Below, in pieces: positions 12,020-32,984 of a stretch of DNA of 64,000 bases. Source of the DNA: Bugula neritina (taxonomy: Eukaryota > Animalia > Bryozoa); contig OZ037770.1 of NCBI GenBank assembly GCA_964035545.1, forward strand, positions 11,180,463-11,244,462, read 5' to 3'. The notes under the pieces are model-generated. The model had not been told where the DNA came from. It searched no databases and was given only the letters and a program-made list of their open reading frames with translations. A program made the translations under genes and the position numbers. Position 1 is the stretch's first letter, and each line of letters starts with the position of its first letter.

Positions 12020-12365
12020 TGTAATGGGATTACGTAGTATAATAATGGGGTCGTCCCCTCTTGTATGGAATACTTATAACTATGTTCTACTATCCAATCA
12101 GAGGGACCGGAAGACAAGGTTCCGGTCAAGTGACTATACGCGGGTTAGCTAGCAGAAACCATGTGTTGTTGAGAGCAGGGACTCGTAGTAGTAACATGTG
12201 TTTATAATTGATTGATGTATTGTGGTATTTTGATGTGATGTTATAATTATATTTATCGAGTTAAATAAAGGTTATCGTACGCAAGCTCTACTAGTAATTG
12301 CTAGTTAAATTGACACTAAATACGCAGGCAATCCTTGCTTGATAATTGTGCTAAAACTCACAACA
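12020..12365 (+). repeat. 3' LTR
   Basis: Direct repeat of 9868-10213, followed by TSD GTAG. Confidence 0.95.
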
Positions 12366-12375
12366 GTAGTTACTG

Positions 12376-12941
12376 CAGGGTTGGGGTCAATTACATGTGA
12401 ATGTAATTAATTACAATTACAATTACATGGCAATGTAATTAATTACAATTACAATTACATGGCAATGTAATTAATTACAATTACAATTACAATTACATGG
12501 CAATGTAATTAATTACAATTACAATTACATGGCAATGTAATTAATTACAATTACAATTACTTTTGTTTTCACAAGGGATAAATAGAAATTATGCAACCTC
12601 ACTTCTTATAGGGTTCAACTACCAGGGGCAATTTTGACAGTGGTGAATCTCCTTTGTTCTCAGCGGTGATACTATATACTACATTGACTTAATCTGAACT
12701 TGTTCTTTGACAGTAGACATGGTAGGAAAAATATGAATTTTTACGATTTTAAAGTTTAAAATAATTGACATGTAATTAGAGAGTAATTGTAAAAATCAAT
12801 TACGTTAGATATGTAATTATAATTACAATTACAATTACACTTACATTTTTATATATCATTTACAAATTACATCCAATTACTTGAAAAAATTTAATTAATT
12901 ACAACCAATTACAATTACAAATTACAATTACCCCAACCCTG
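12376..12941. mobile_element. Non-autonomous TIR DNA transposon (hAT-like) with AATTAC subterminal arrays
   Basis: TIR CAGGGTTGGGGT...ACCCCAACCCTG; tandem (AATTAC)n-ATGGCAATGTAATT units at 12389-12560; no clean TSD. Confidence 0.75.
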
Positions 12942-13059
12942 GTAGCTAATAGGTAACAGCTGCCCATTTCAAGTAAGGCTTTAAATATAGATATATAAAC
13001 ATATTAGATCCTAAAATTGATCACATTTGACTTTGGTTTTTCACTTTTATAGTGATATG

Positions 13060-13355
13060 TGTAATTACATAATATATATCATATAATACAATGTCATATA
13101 ATTCAATATGTAGTAAAAGGTAATAGATGTAATCTAACATTATATGATATATTCTAATACTATATATAATATAATATAATACAACATAATATAATATATT
13201 ATACAATATAGTAAAATACAACATATTAAATATAACATTATATGATGTACGTGGTATAATACAATGTAAAATAGTAAAATCTAATATAATAAAATACATT
13301 TTAATAATATACATTCTGATAGAATTATATATATTATAATATAATACATTCAATT
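13060..13355. repeat. AT-rich low-complexity / degenerate (ATAAT)n
   Basis: Degenerate ATAAT/ATAT pentamers. Confidence 0.6.
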
Positions 13356-13901
13356 TAATGTAACATCAATAAACACTTTTTTCTGCTGCATAAATATAAA
13401 ATTTCATTTCACCCAGAATAGATTATAATAAAACTGGTTTTCATTTCTTTTGCTAACCACATACCTAGCACAAAATTTTTATATCTCATTTATTGTTAGT
13501 TAATTTATTATTTTTCTCAAATGCATGCAGTGAAGTTTTTAAGTAGACATTCGAAATTTAGGCAATTTTATTTATAGAAATATCTTTCATTTATTTGCAA
13601 AATCCAATTAAGAAAAAGCTCTTTTAAAGCGTCTTTAATTTATACATGCTGCAATACTTTTCAATATAATATTGTTCAATCTAGATTATTGTAGACTACC
13701 GTCATGCAGCTCGACTGAGTAACCAGTGCTATAAATAGAAAAAAAAATTGCCCAATACTTGTAGTATGCATAATGTTTTGCTTCTTGTAACGCAATGATT
13801 TTCTAACAGGTCAATTCAAAACACAGTCAACTTGATGAATGAACAAAAAAATTCCAAGACATAATTCTTATAGATGTGTTTTATATATGCATATACATAA
13901 T

Positions 13902-16900
13902 AGAGGGTTTTCAGACATCTCTCTAGGGGGATTTGTATTTTAAAGTTGTCTCCCCCTACAGGGATTGGGGGCAGTCTCGATGATATATAGAAGGCCCATA
14001 AAATAAGTAGAAATGTAAGGTTTGAGTGAAGACTACTACTAGTATAAGTTTCATTTTTTCTGAGATTAATATTTTGGCATAAGTACACATATGAGCAGTT
14101 TCAGAATTTTTTTAAAAAATTTTGTTAATGATAAATGGCACAAAAACAAAACTTCAAAACATATTTGTGGTTTTGGTTAGTGAGCAAAAATGAAGCTGGC
14201 AGCTGTCATTATTATTTGCTTTGCCGACTGTAACCAGTATGTTTAGAGCTGCTAACCTTTCAACTCTTAGGACAATAATAACATGCTCGTACACAGTATA
14301 GCTGCACTAGTGGGCTCTGTCTTACTGAACTCCAAATGCTCCAAATTATGGGTTGGAACACATGCCTGTACGTTTATGAAGGCACTGGCTCATTTGTATT
14401 AACATGTTCACGTACTTACACACCTATACTATGAAAATAACTAAGCCACCCTACTATCTAATATTTCTATATATCAAAAAAATTATTATAAATATAAAGA
14501 TATGTATTAAAATAGATAGATTAAATTTGTAAGCCTAGGGCCACACGGTGCGTATTTTCGCATGCGAAAATTGAAATCACAAGTAGCAAAGGTGTCCACT
14601 GTGCGCGTTGAGAAAACATTCGCACTTGTCGCTCTGCATTTTCAACGCAAGTGCGAATCGTCTCTGTCATCGTCACCTAATTGGCTGGTATTATTAAGCG
14701 AGCCCAATTTCTTTATTTTAGTGCTAAATTCCAGTAAATTGCGTTTTATTGAAAGCGAGTGCGATTTAAAAATGAACGCTTTGTTTATCACGCATCACTG
14801 ACGCTACAGTGGACACCTTTGCTACTTGTGATTTCAATTTTCGCATGCGAAAATACGCACCGTGTGGCCCTAGGCTAATTTCAAACAACATCTTATCTAA
14901 AAATGTCAAACACTGTATAACTATATATATGTTTTAAAAGCATTTGTTTACATGGCATGCATGCAAGTCAATGAAAATATTTAGAGAACAGTAAAAAGAA
15001 GCATATAAATTTTAGAATAGTTTCTTCTTTTCTGAGATGAATATTTTGGAAAGGTCCCACAATTCAATGTTTAAATTAAATCTGTAAAAAAAATTCACAG
15101 CGTATTTTCAATGAAGAATTATTCTTGCAAGCTGTTTGTATACCAACATTCCTAATACAGAAATGTTTTTGGAGCATTGTAAATTATATACTGCTGCATT
15201 GCAGAAAAAAAATCATCAAAAAAAGCACTTTTCAGCCAAAGCAACTTGGCTTGTTTCCAAAAAAGAGTTAAAATGTACATTTAGTACCAGCTGTAAAGTA
15301 TAGAAAGAACGAACTATGTCATAATGACTGCATTCTTATGACACTAATGAAATTAAGATTGGCTTTACTCCATACGGGTCTTGCTCAAAGGTGGAGTTTT
15401 AAATAATGCTACAAAGTTTTACTAAATTCCCAGATAATGCTTTTTATATCAAATCATTTGGCTTTGCTGATTTAGCTATATTACGTACATTTTGTACTTA
15501 TTTATCTCTAGGTCAGTTTTCAGCCATATATTTGACCACATTGCTATACTTCCTTTGTGCCAGCATTCTCTCCTTTATATCTTTTCTGTGGTTTCTAATA
15601 ATTTTCAGTGGTATGTCACTGTATGTAAACTATGTAAACCATCAGGCTATCTCTTATACAATGCATGCTGCTATAAGAATAACAGCAGCTGTTTTGTATT
15701 CAATCAACCTTGTTGCAAGAATTTTGCTTGCTTGAAGCTCTCTGTTGAGTAGCTGTCTCTCTATATTACATAACTGCTTGTTCAAGAAAGTGCCCGATGA
15801 GAACTGTCCAACTTTAGCTGTCTAACTTAAATTACATTATATAGGATTACATCCCTACATAATAAGCTGATTAAACAACACATATAAATCGGCCAAAAAC
15901 ACCACACACTTGACTAGCTCTAGTTTGACTCATTTATATTTCGAGTTTTTCACATTACTTGAACATGCTTTAGCCAATTTGTTGCATTATTTTTCATCCA
16001 TACATGTAATACAAGGATTTAGTATATTAATTTTTTAAGTTTGGATTGTCTACTAGGCAGGTATCGCAGATATTTAATCAAACTGTGAAGTTGCTTAGAG
16101 AAGCTCTAAATCCAATGATAGTATTTTATCAACACACGGAGGTTAATAAAACATGTCCACCTCAATGAACTTTGACCTAGTTAACTAGACCACTGTAAAA
16201 TGGCATGCCAGAACAAATGCAAACCAGCTTGCAAAAATAATTCTTCATTGAAAATACACTGTGAAAAATTCTTTTACAGACTTTATTTAAATGTTGAATT
16301 GTGGGACTTTCCAAAATATTCATCTCAGAAAAAAAGAAACTATTCTGAAATTTATATGGTTCTTTTTACTGTTCTCTAAATATTTTCATTGACTTGCATG
16401 CATGCCATGTAAACAAATGCTTTTAAAACATATATATAGTTACACAGTGTTTGGCATTTTTAGATAAGATGTTGTTTGAAATTACAAATTGAATCTATCT
16501 ATTTTAATACATATCTTTATATTTATAATAATTTTTTTGATATATAGAAATATTAGATAGTAAGGTGGCTTAGTTATTTTCATAGTATAGGTGTGTAAGT
16601 ACGTGAACATGTTAATATAAATGAGCCAGTGCCTTCATAAACGTACAGGCATGTGTTCCAACCCATAATTTGGAGCATTTGGAGTTCAGTAAGACAGAGC
16701 CCACTAGTGCAGCTATACTGTGTACAAGCATGTTATTATTGTCCTAAGAGTTGAAAGGTTAGCAGCTCTAAACAGGCTGGTTACAGTCGGCAAAGCAAAT
16801 AATAATGACAGCTGCCAGCTTCAGATTTGCTCACTAACCAAAACCACAAATATGCTTTGAAGTTTTGTTTTTGTTCCATTTATCATGAACAAAATTTTTT

Positions 16901-17112
16901 TAAAAAATTCTGAAACTGCTCATATGTGTACTTATGCCAAAATATTAATCTCAGAAAAAATGAAACTTATACTAGTAGTAGTCTTCACTCAAACCTTACA
17001 TTTCTACTTATTTTATGGGCCTTCTATATATCATCGAGACTGCCCCCAATCCCTGTAGGGGGAGACAACTTTAAAATACAAATTCCCCTAGAGGGATGTT
17101 TGAAACCCCTCT
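13902..17112. mobile_element. 3.2-kb non-autonomous DNA transposon with ~0.9-kb TIRs and AT TSD (ISL2EU/Harbinger-like)
   Basis: 13902-~15130 is the reverse complement of ~16230-17112 apart from the nested MITE; the paralogous flank at ~26290-26340 shows the empty site. Confidence 0.85.
14533..14875. mobile_element. PIF/Harbinger (Tourist-like) MITE nested in the left TIR
   Basis: ~70-bp TIRs GCCTAGGGCCACACGGTGCG...; TSD TAA on both sides; empty site in the right arm at ~16480-16490. Confidence 0.92.
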
Positions 17113-17343
17113 ATTAACTGAAAAATGTTTTGTGTATGAGATTATACTCTGTTCAAAAGTGAAGTTAATCAATATTTCAAAACATCATGTCCTATTGCAC
17201 ACATCCTTATAATAAAATCTGCTTGTCAAATACAACTTATTCCATTGCATCACTACTGTGCAATTTAAATGTAGCTAATGGCACAATGAACTATATGTCC
17301 TAAAATGGAGCTAATAAGATGTCAACTTATATACATGTGTGGG

Positions 17344-17972
<629 letters not shown>

Positions 17973-18397
17973 AAGTATATAATTATACCTTATACTTTAT
18001 AACTTGGCGAAGCTCTTTCTTTTAAGGAAGTTACAGATGCCAATTATTTTTACATGGGTACACAGACAAGAACATGCACACAGACCTATCATATTCAGAA
18101 TATAACGGGCAAAAGAACATTTTTGATTGAATATTGTTAACAGATTGTAAATGATTCATTAAGATGTATTTGCACTTATAAGCTTAGTAGTTTAGCTAAA
18201 AATTACAGGCAGTTAAAGTAAAGTCAACTGCATAAAACGTTTACATAAAAAATCTCGAATAAAAAATTTCTTCACTGCAATGACATCTATGCAAATATTG
18301 ATGTCAGTTATTATTACTAATTTCACACAGATAATGAATTTAATACTTTTTTATCATTCGGTGCATATAGTCACAGCGCAAGAATTATATAAATCAA

Positions 18398-24937
<6,540 letters not shown>

Positions 24938-25832
24938 ATTGTAATTAGAAGCAATTTTCCGTTGAGACCTGCAAGGTGAAAACTAAAAATGCAAAGAAGG
25001 TAGTCAAATCAGGGCTGCATATAGCCACACCAGCTCAAGTATATTCTATAATATTACTAAAATTTCAAGTTTAACTCAAGTCAGTCTATAGTCACTCTTG
25101 CCAAACTAGAGTCAATTTGAGTTGACAAACAAGTAAGAATAAATAATAGCAAACTAAAAGTATACTTACAAATAATAGAAGCTGGAAGTTATTTTAGTCA
25201 GCTAGTAGCTGGCTTTACATGACTCGATCTGGTGTAAATATTTTCTTGTACTATACTTGCGGTGACTTTGGCCTAGTTTTGGTTATTCTTATTATAATAA
25301 CCCTGAGTGTTGCTGCCAGCGTTTTGGGACAAAAGGGTGTTTAATAATAACACCGTTTAAATGGGTAGTTAATTTATATCGTCATAAAGCATTGAACTGT
25401 ATTGATTTTTTTAAACCCAGTCCTTAATTACAATATGCTCAAACGATCAATTGTCGTGCAATTAAAATAGTGTAATTAATACATATAAAAGGCAGCAAAG
25501 CAGCTAAACAAAAGAAAACACAAATGTGTTCAAAAAGTGGTGACATAATATTTACCATACACTTGTACAAAGAACATGTTAGGTAATAGCTGTTATTATA
25601 GCCAAAAGGATCTTGCATCGGCAACTATATGCAATGGTTAAATTTGTTAATTAGTATTCTAATACCTGCTTTAAACTACATATATTGGCACCAGCAATAA
25701 ACTCTGTAATATTCTGTAAGATTTCTGTGAGCTCAAGTTTAAGTATGCAATATTTCAATTTGTGATTAGTTTAGAAACGGTTGCTCTGTACAGCAATTTA
25801 CTTAATCGTGTATTATGGGCTTAGCCGTACAG

Positions 25833-25953
25833 CCTGTGTGTGTGCCTGTGTGTGTGCCTGTGTGTGTGCCTGTGTGTGTGCCTGTGTGTGCGCCTGTGTG
25901 TGTGCCTGTGTGTGTGCCTGTGTGTGTGCCTGTGTGTGTGCCTGTGTGTGTGT
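25833..25953. repeat. 12-bp tandem repeat (CCTGTGTGTGTG)n
   Basis: About 10 near-perfect units. Confidence 0.95.
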
Positions 25954-26897
25954 ATATAGTGTTGTATATTGATAATCATAGTGCTATACTAAATATTACA
26001 CGGTATTAGGATAATCCTGTATAATGAATCTAATAAGCATCTATAATTTATCCATGCAACAATACTTTCCATTATTTTAATTTATCTATATGATTTTAGA
26101 ATACTGTGAGCTCGACTGAGTGATCAGTGTTATAAATAGAAAAAAAATAATTGCCCAATACTTGTATTATGCATAATTTTTTGCTTCTTGTCACGCAATG
26201 ATTTTCTAACAAATAGGTCAATTCAAAATACAGTCAATTGATTAATGAACAACAAAAGTTTCCCAACATTAGTCATTATAATATATATTATATGTTTTAT
26301 ATATGCACATGTAATTAATTAAAAAATGTTGGATATGAGCATATATGTTATCTGAAGTAAAGTTAAATAGTTGAAAATCTCTGCTATTGCACACATCCTT
26401 GCAATAAAATCTGTTTGTCAAACTTATTCCATTGCATCACTTATAAGGTATAAGTTGAGTGTAGCTGATGACACAGTGAAGGGTGTCCTAAATTGGAGCT
26501 AAAAAGATAAATACTTTTATAATTTATAACTTAGTAAAACTCTTTCTTTAAGGAATTATAGATGCAGCTAATTCTTTTTACAGGCACATAGATGTATAAC
26601 ATTAATTATTTAAAATATGGCTAGAATAACATTTTTGATATTTAGTTGTTAATAGATTGTAAAAAGTTCCATTAGGATATATTTGATTAGTTTATTATAG
26701 CTAAAGATTACAAGCATTTGAAATAAAGTTGACTACATAAAACGTCATAAAATCTAGATACAAAAATATCATTACAACGTAGACATCTGCACAAGTAGAA
26801 GCGATAATCATTACTATAATTTCACCACAGAGAATATATTGAATATTTTTCTTATCTCCAGCATAACCAAAACACAATCATGATGTGAATAAATTGA

Positions 26898-29800
26898 TTA
26901 TAAAGAGTGTGCAATGATAACATACTCAGGGTATACTGCAGTATTATCATATGCCTCATAGTAGTTTGAATACTGTAAATTTGTTCCAACCGCCGCATAT
27001 CGTGGCTGGTGGAGTAAGTTATACGGCTGGTTTTGCATCATAAAATTATAATTGGCGTTTGATGAGACAGCCTGTCTGTTCTGTAGTTTTTCAGTAATTG
27101 CTCGAGCTCTTACATAGACACCAGACATATTTGGACTCCGGAAAAAATTAGCAGCATCCCGGGCACTTGAGTATAGACTGACGCTTGGTCTTCCACCAAC
27201 ACCTAAAACTATTTAAACAAATTACAATTTTCAATTGTATGATCTTTGCTACTAGCTGAATCATGTAGGACTAAAAATAAATAAGCCACATGTTCTATAT
27301 ATTGCATTGAAACACCAATAGCTTATATAAAAGTTGAAGAAAAAAACTTATAAGCTGAATTCTTCATCAAACCTAAAATAATGTAACAAAAATTAATTAA
27401 ACTCTCTTCTAATGAAAACAATTTAGAGAATTGAATAATGTATTAATAATTCATTCATTTCCAATTATCCAAAGGAACAATATCTTGTACACGATACTTG
27501 AATTTGATAAGTTATTACACTGGTATAAATTACTTAAACACCCTGCCCAGAAAAGGTCAGAGTAAATGTGCAACCCAAACCTCGTTTAGAGAGCATAACT
27601 CTCCAATAGATAGTATTCCATAATATTTGTAAAGATGTGACTGACTCATAACGCCATAGAAAGTATCATTTAGTTTTTGCTGGCTCTCACCTTGTCTGTG
27701 TTCATTTATCGAATTTCCTGAAACAACTGAGGGAATGTCATTTTCTGTTGTTTGAAACCACAAGGAAAGTGTCTCTACAGCATTCATTTGCCTCCTTTGC
27801 TGTTTAGAAACTCTTGTTATATTCGCCATGTATTTCCTGTAGCGGTCAGTGTTTTGGATGCGATAAATTTCTATCTAGAAAATAAAGTTCAATTGTATGA
27901 AACTTTGTAGCGTTTTTAACAATATTTGCCTTTCAAAAATCAATAAGTTTTTGGCAATTTGGCAACTTTCAATGCGTTTGGCAGCAGCACCCTAAAGCAA
28001 TTGTTTGAGCAACATTTGAAATCCTTTACCTGAAGTTGGTTGCCAATCGACTGATTTATCGGAACAGGCCGATGAGGATTACCAAACATACCAAACGAGT
28101 CATGCCCATTATAATGTATCTGAAAGTGGAAAAGTTGCAGCATTATCATAGCATATTACACGTTTTTAATTTTAGAATTGCTTTTACTTGCATAGATAGT
28201 AGACTAAAGAGCAAAAAATAATAAAAAGTTATCAAATCTATTCAACAAAATATTACCTGAGTTTGGTAGAGCCCGCCTATAGCACCTGACTGAAAGTAGA
28301 AAAGATGCAGTAGTATTATATCATATTAAATGTTTTTAATTTTGCTTTTACTTGTATAAATGAATAGTAGACTAAAAAGCAAATATAATGATAAAAAATT
28401 ATCAAGTCTGTTCAACAACATACTATACCTGAGTTGGATTGTTGAACGTCATTGCACCACCTGGTGCTGACTGTGTCACATTCATGTTAAAAGACCTCAA
28501 AACTTCCTGGTATTCTGCACTGCCTGGTTCCAGAAATACTTGTCGTGGTTCTGTAATAGGTTCCTCCCAGTTGGCTGGTAGACTGGGTGTAGCAGCTAAA
28601 GCAGTAAGAAATCATGTGAGTTATATTAGTTTGCTAATAGAAGCTGTCAGCTTTATTCTCATGGTGAAAAAAATAAATAGCTTCCACAGCAAAAACTGTT
28701 GCCTTAAAATGGAAAGAATTGTAATACCTACTTGACCATGATTATTTTATATTTTTTATTATTAATAATTCTTTACTGCTTATAAAACTCAAACTCATAT
28801 TTATATATTGCATATGCTATAATAACTTATGCAGGTTTATAGTCACTATCTTGGCGAGAAAGTTGCTGATGGAAGGAGTTTTTGTTAAATAGAGCTAAGG
28901 ACTTATTCAGATGAGACACAAGAGCAGTTATGACTGGATGCTCTTGCCAACGTAACAACACCAATGGCCTTTACCGGGATTGAACCCACAACTCATTGTT
29001 AAGTATATATACTAGGCAATCACTTACTTGAACCCTGATTTTTTACTGCTTATTATAATTTAGCAATAAAAATAGGCAGATATAGAGAGCAGCTTACCAA
29101 TAGCAAAAAACTGTTGTCCGATGTTTATCTCAATATTCCTATTTAAATCTAGAAGTACAATACAACAACATTTTAAAATCTAGAAACTCTCACATCAACC
29201 AAGTTATAAGGGTATAGCATATTTGACATAAATTTTAGTCACAGCAAATTTTATCTCCACTTATAATAATACAATATAGGCAATCACTGTCAAACAGATG
29301 TTTTTGTGTATTTTGTGTTAAGAATAGCCTTTGTTTAACAAATGAAATAGCTAGTGATAATCATGAGCGTGAAAATAATGGATTTAGAAGTGAAATGTTG
29401 GTTTTACCAAGCGTGTGCAGAGTTGGGATTTCCAATGTTAACTCTGGCATCTCCATATCAATAAGCTGTCCAAATTCACTTTTTGTACCTCTGTATTGCA
29501 TAATCACATCCACCTTTAAGCATAAAGCAGTAATATGATGAAAGATATATACTATTAGCACTTATCCACTTGTACTATCATATGCTATTGGAAATTGTCT
29601 TCATTATTAAAGAAAAGCTAAAAACGATATTACTAAAATGAATTTGTGTCTAAGACTTGGTTAACACAAAAACTTCATAGTTACTAGGAAAACTGGCCTG
29701 GTGACTTTGTTTAAGCTTAGTCTCCATTCTCAACCTTTCTAGATGAATTGTAGACAGAGCTCCATCGATCTGCTGTTCCAAAAACTTGTTCATTTGAGCT

Positions 29801-32800
29801 TGCTTTGCCCTTCTCTGTGTTCTGAATTGAGTCTCTAACCTCTGGTACTCCAAGGTAATAGCTTGTAGCTAATAATAATTAATAATAGGCTAATATATTA
29901 TTTTAATGACTGTGAAAATATCTAGCCTTTACCCTTTGGCACACTAATAGCTTTTGTAGTCTAACAAAACTTTGCAAATATGGAGGCATTGTATATGTTC
30001 TAGTGCAGGTCTTCATTAAAATCACTAATATATGAGGTGCTAATATTTCCTGGAAATATTCAGCTTTAGGATTTAATGGTAGAGTAGAACCAAAGTAGCT
30101 TAATTAGTCAGAATGACAACTACTTAAAGCAACTATATGTTATCAGTATTTGTCTGCACTATAAGCCTGTTATTATTAATTCAATTAATATTTGGGTGCA
30201 AGCTGTCATAGCCAATATTGAAGAAATATATGTACTATAGTTATTGTTGCATATATTTGCCTGCAAAAGAGATACAAATGTAGATAGTAGGAAAACTACT
30301 GTTTGGAATTTTTAAAGCTCTCAGCATGGTTATAATGAATCTGATCAAACATTTCTCACCTGCTTATTCCTAGTTGTGTGCAGAAGTTTAATGAATGTGT
30401 CAGTCTCTGTCTCAAACTCAGATATTGATTTACCAGCTTTCTTACTGAGAGAAGACAACTCTCCTTCTTTATTCAGTAGGTCAGAGGTCAACTTGTTGAT
30501 GTCTTTCATCAACTCAGCAAGTAACTCCTCTATGGAAAGGAGTTTGTGAGAAGCACCTAACAGTTAAATAAGGAAACATTGACGGTTGATAAGCAGCAAC
30601 TTCTGTATTTTACTATTGTGTGCAATTTATATACATTTCACTACGTTGAATCTACTTCAAGGGCCCATCTTATAACAATCTGGCGGATGCTAAAATCAAA
30701 GGGGCTTTTTTACAATTTGATTCAGAAGACTTTGATGAATGCTCATCTAAATAACTTGGCTACCAGCTAGAGAACTTATTCAAGGCTATATGAAACACAT
30801 CTTCTAGTAGAAAATAACTTGGAAAATTAGGTAACAGTCAAAATTACTAAAAATTTTTACTAGTAAGTGCAGTCACCTGCAGTTGAATGACAACTATTAT
30901 ATGAGGGCAAAGGTCAACCAGAAAATATAGATTGCATATTAAGGATTTATAATTGAAGGATGAGTTACATTAATTGTGTAAGTTGTCATTTTATGAAACT
31001 TTAAATTAGCTAGAGTTACTATACAATTACATTATTTTATATAGTAGTAAATTACTAAGTATCCAGCTAGTATACAGTAGCCAATCACGAGTTCCAATAC
31101 ATAATAGTCAATGCATATACATGTGTAGTTTACTTAATCAATTACCAGTGATTGCAAGAAATTGTTATCCAATCATCGATATAAGTGTAAGTAATTTACC
31201 AGTGTCGGTATACATGATTATTATCGAATTACTAATGCTGGTATATAATTATTATCCACTCACCAATGCTGGTATGTAATTATTATTCACTCACCAATGC
31301 TGATATATAATTATTATCCACTCACCAGTGCTGGTATACAATTATTATCCTCACCAATACTGGTATATAATTATATCCAATCACCAGTGCTGGTATATAA
31401 TTATTATCCACTCACCAGTGCTGGTACAGTTCTTCAAACCAGACAGACATTTCACACAACAGAGACTCAGACAACTTTTACATCCAACACTGTAAGGCTG
31501 ATCTTTATGTTTATCACAAAGTCTAACCTTCATCTTGTTAGCTTTAGTTCTATATTCTTTTATTGTACAGGTTTGGTGATCATCATGCATATCCTCGTGA
31601 AACTATAGTGCAGAAAATATAAACACTTTGTAAAGAAAGCTATTGCTAGTCTGTAGTCATAGGTTTTCACTGGAGAAAGTGATATGGCAAGTAAAGAGTG
31701 GCACAGATGCTTTCTGCCATCATTAATCTTTACTAGTTTTGAGCAAAATCCCATGTCCATTAGCAGCTAAATTGTAAAAAATAGCTAAAAACTGGAGATT
31801 CTCGTGTGTACTAAATTAAGTAAAATGACCCATATTAAAATTGCATAATTTCTTTTAGACACACTTATAAATTATAAAATAAAGAAGCTTAGAACCTAAA
31901 AGCGTTCAAGTTGCAACTGTAACTAAACCTTACTACAAAGGGTTGAAAGATTTTGTCTCGTTACTTTTAAATTTGTAAAGTTAATCTACATACAGAAATG
32001 AGTCTGCCAAACCTGTTTGTGTTGAGAACAAAACTTCTTATCACATGAACCACAGTAGATCACAGCTGATACATTCTTGTTTTTCTTCATACAAACATCA
32101 CATGGAGTGTTTGAACTGTTGTTCACTTTTGCACCTGACACTCTATCTGGTACAGCATCAAACACTTGGCTGAAACATGGAAATATAGAAAATAAGTTTA
32201 AATATAGAGCTGGAAATTTTTAGCTGATCCAAGCTTTCTAGCTGTTTGAGCAATAACCCTCCAGCAGTGCTTGAAAATACTGGTGGCTGAATTCTAGTTA
32301 TATATAGCTCTCTGCAGTAATATATATATGGTCTCAGTTTGTTTTCTTCCAGCATGAGCTAAATTTTAACTGCTAAAATAGCTAGTAATGTATTTTAATA
32401 TTTAATACAAACCAGATAAATTGAAAACTCATTATGGTAAAATTAGAAAATTACCAGTATTATATATTCCCCATAAAAATAAGTTAGAAAATAAGTTTCT
32501 AGAATAATTACAATCAACATACTGTTACTATAACTAGGTAGAAACATAATAAAACAAAATGCAAGCATATTTCAATAGGTTGAGGTAACAAAATAAAGCA
32601 TTAGTTGAGTGAAACTCTCAGAATGCAGTTTATATGGTAATGTTTGCAATTCGAAAACATAGAACAGATATTTTGTGACATCACAGTACTATTATTTGGA
32701 CACCAGTATAGAGTAGGGAAGTAAGTATGTTACCTGCATTGTGGACATCTTATTACTTTACTTTGATTAAAGGCCCCTTTGAGACATGGACCACAGTGTA

Positions 32801-32903
32801 CATGAGAACAGGGGAGTTGCTTAGGATCTACCAAATCATCATCTACTTGAAGACAGAAGCCACATTCTCTTCTTATGTTTTCTTTTCTTGCAGCAGCTGC
32901 CAT
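26898..32903 (-). CDS. TRIM + PARP/ART-like domain protein, copy 2 (~588 aa)
   Basis: Coding exons 32903-32734, 32169-32013, 31602-31416, 30556-30360, 29868-29698 (GC donor), 29513-29408, 28595-28429, 28289-28257 (extra micro-exon), 28119-28030, 27874-27691, 27202-26898; phases compatible. Confidence 0.82.
28833..29010 (-). mobile_element. tRNA-derived SINE (same family as 42322-42516), diverged
   Basis: Reverse complement of the B-box GGTTCAATCC and of the ...AAGAGCATCCAGTCATAA... body. Confidence 0.7.
31195..31425. repeat. ~31-bp minisatellite duplicating the splice donor of the B-box2 exon
   Basis: Units CACCAGTGCTGGTATATAATTATTATCCACT; shorter arrays at 22420-22535 and 39095-39215. Confidence 0.85.
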
Positions 32904-32984
32904 ATTGTAATTATTAGCAATTTTCCGTTGAGACCTGTAAGATAAGAAATTAATCTGTTATAGAAAAGCTGGCAAGATCACATT

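Larger units (their letters stand above)
9868..12365 (+). mobile_element. Non-autonomous Ty3/Gypsy-type LTR retrotransposon (pol deleted)
   Basis: Two 346-bp TG...CA LTRs with about 4 mismatches; 4-bp TSD GTAG; PBS; G-rich PPT (TGGTGGGGGCGG) before the 3' LTR; internal gag remnant. Confidence 0.95.

Noticed and set aside
13816-14088. Repeated ORF MYLCQNINLRKNE... (also 16926-17117, 8981-9196)
   Set aside because: Lies in transposon TIR arms; frame not conserved between copies; no recognisable domain
25781-26009. Cys-rich CVCA/PVCV ORFs resembling metallothionein
   Set aside because: Translation of a 12-bp tandem repeat
31195-31425. CRISPR-like regular repeats (also 12389-12560, 45645-45865)
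   Set aside because: Head-to-tail units without unique spacers, in a eukaryotic context with no cas genes
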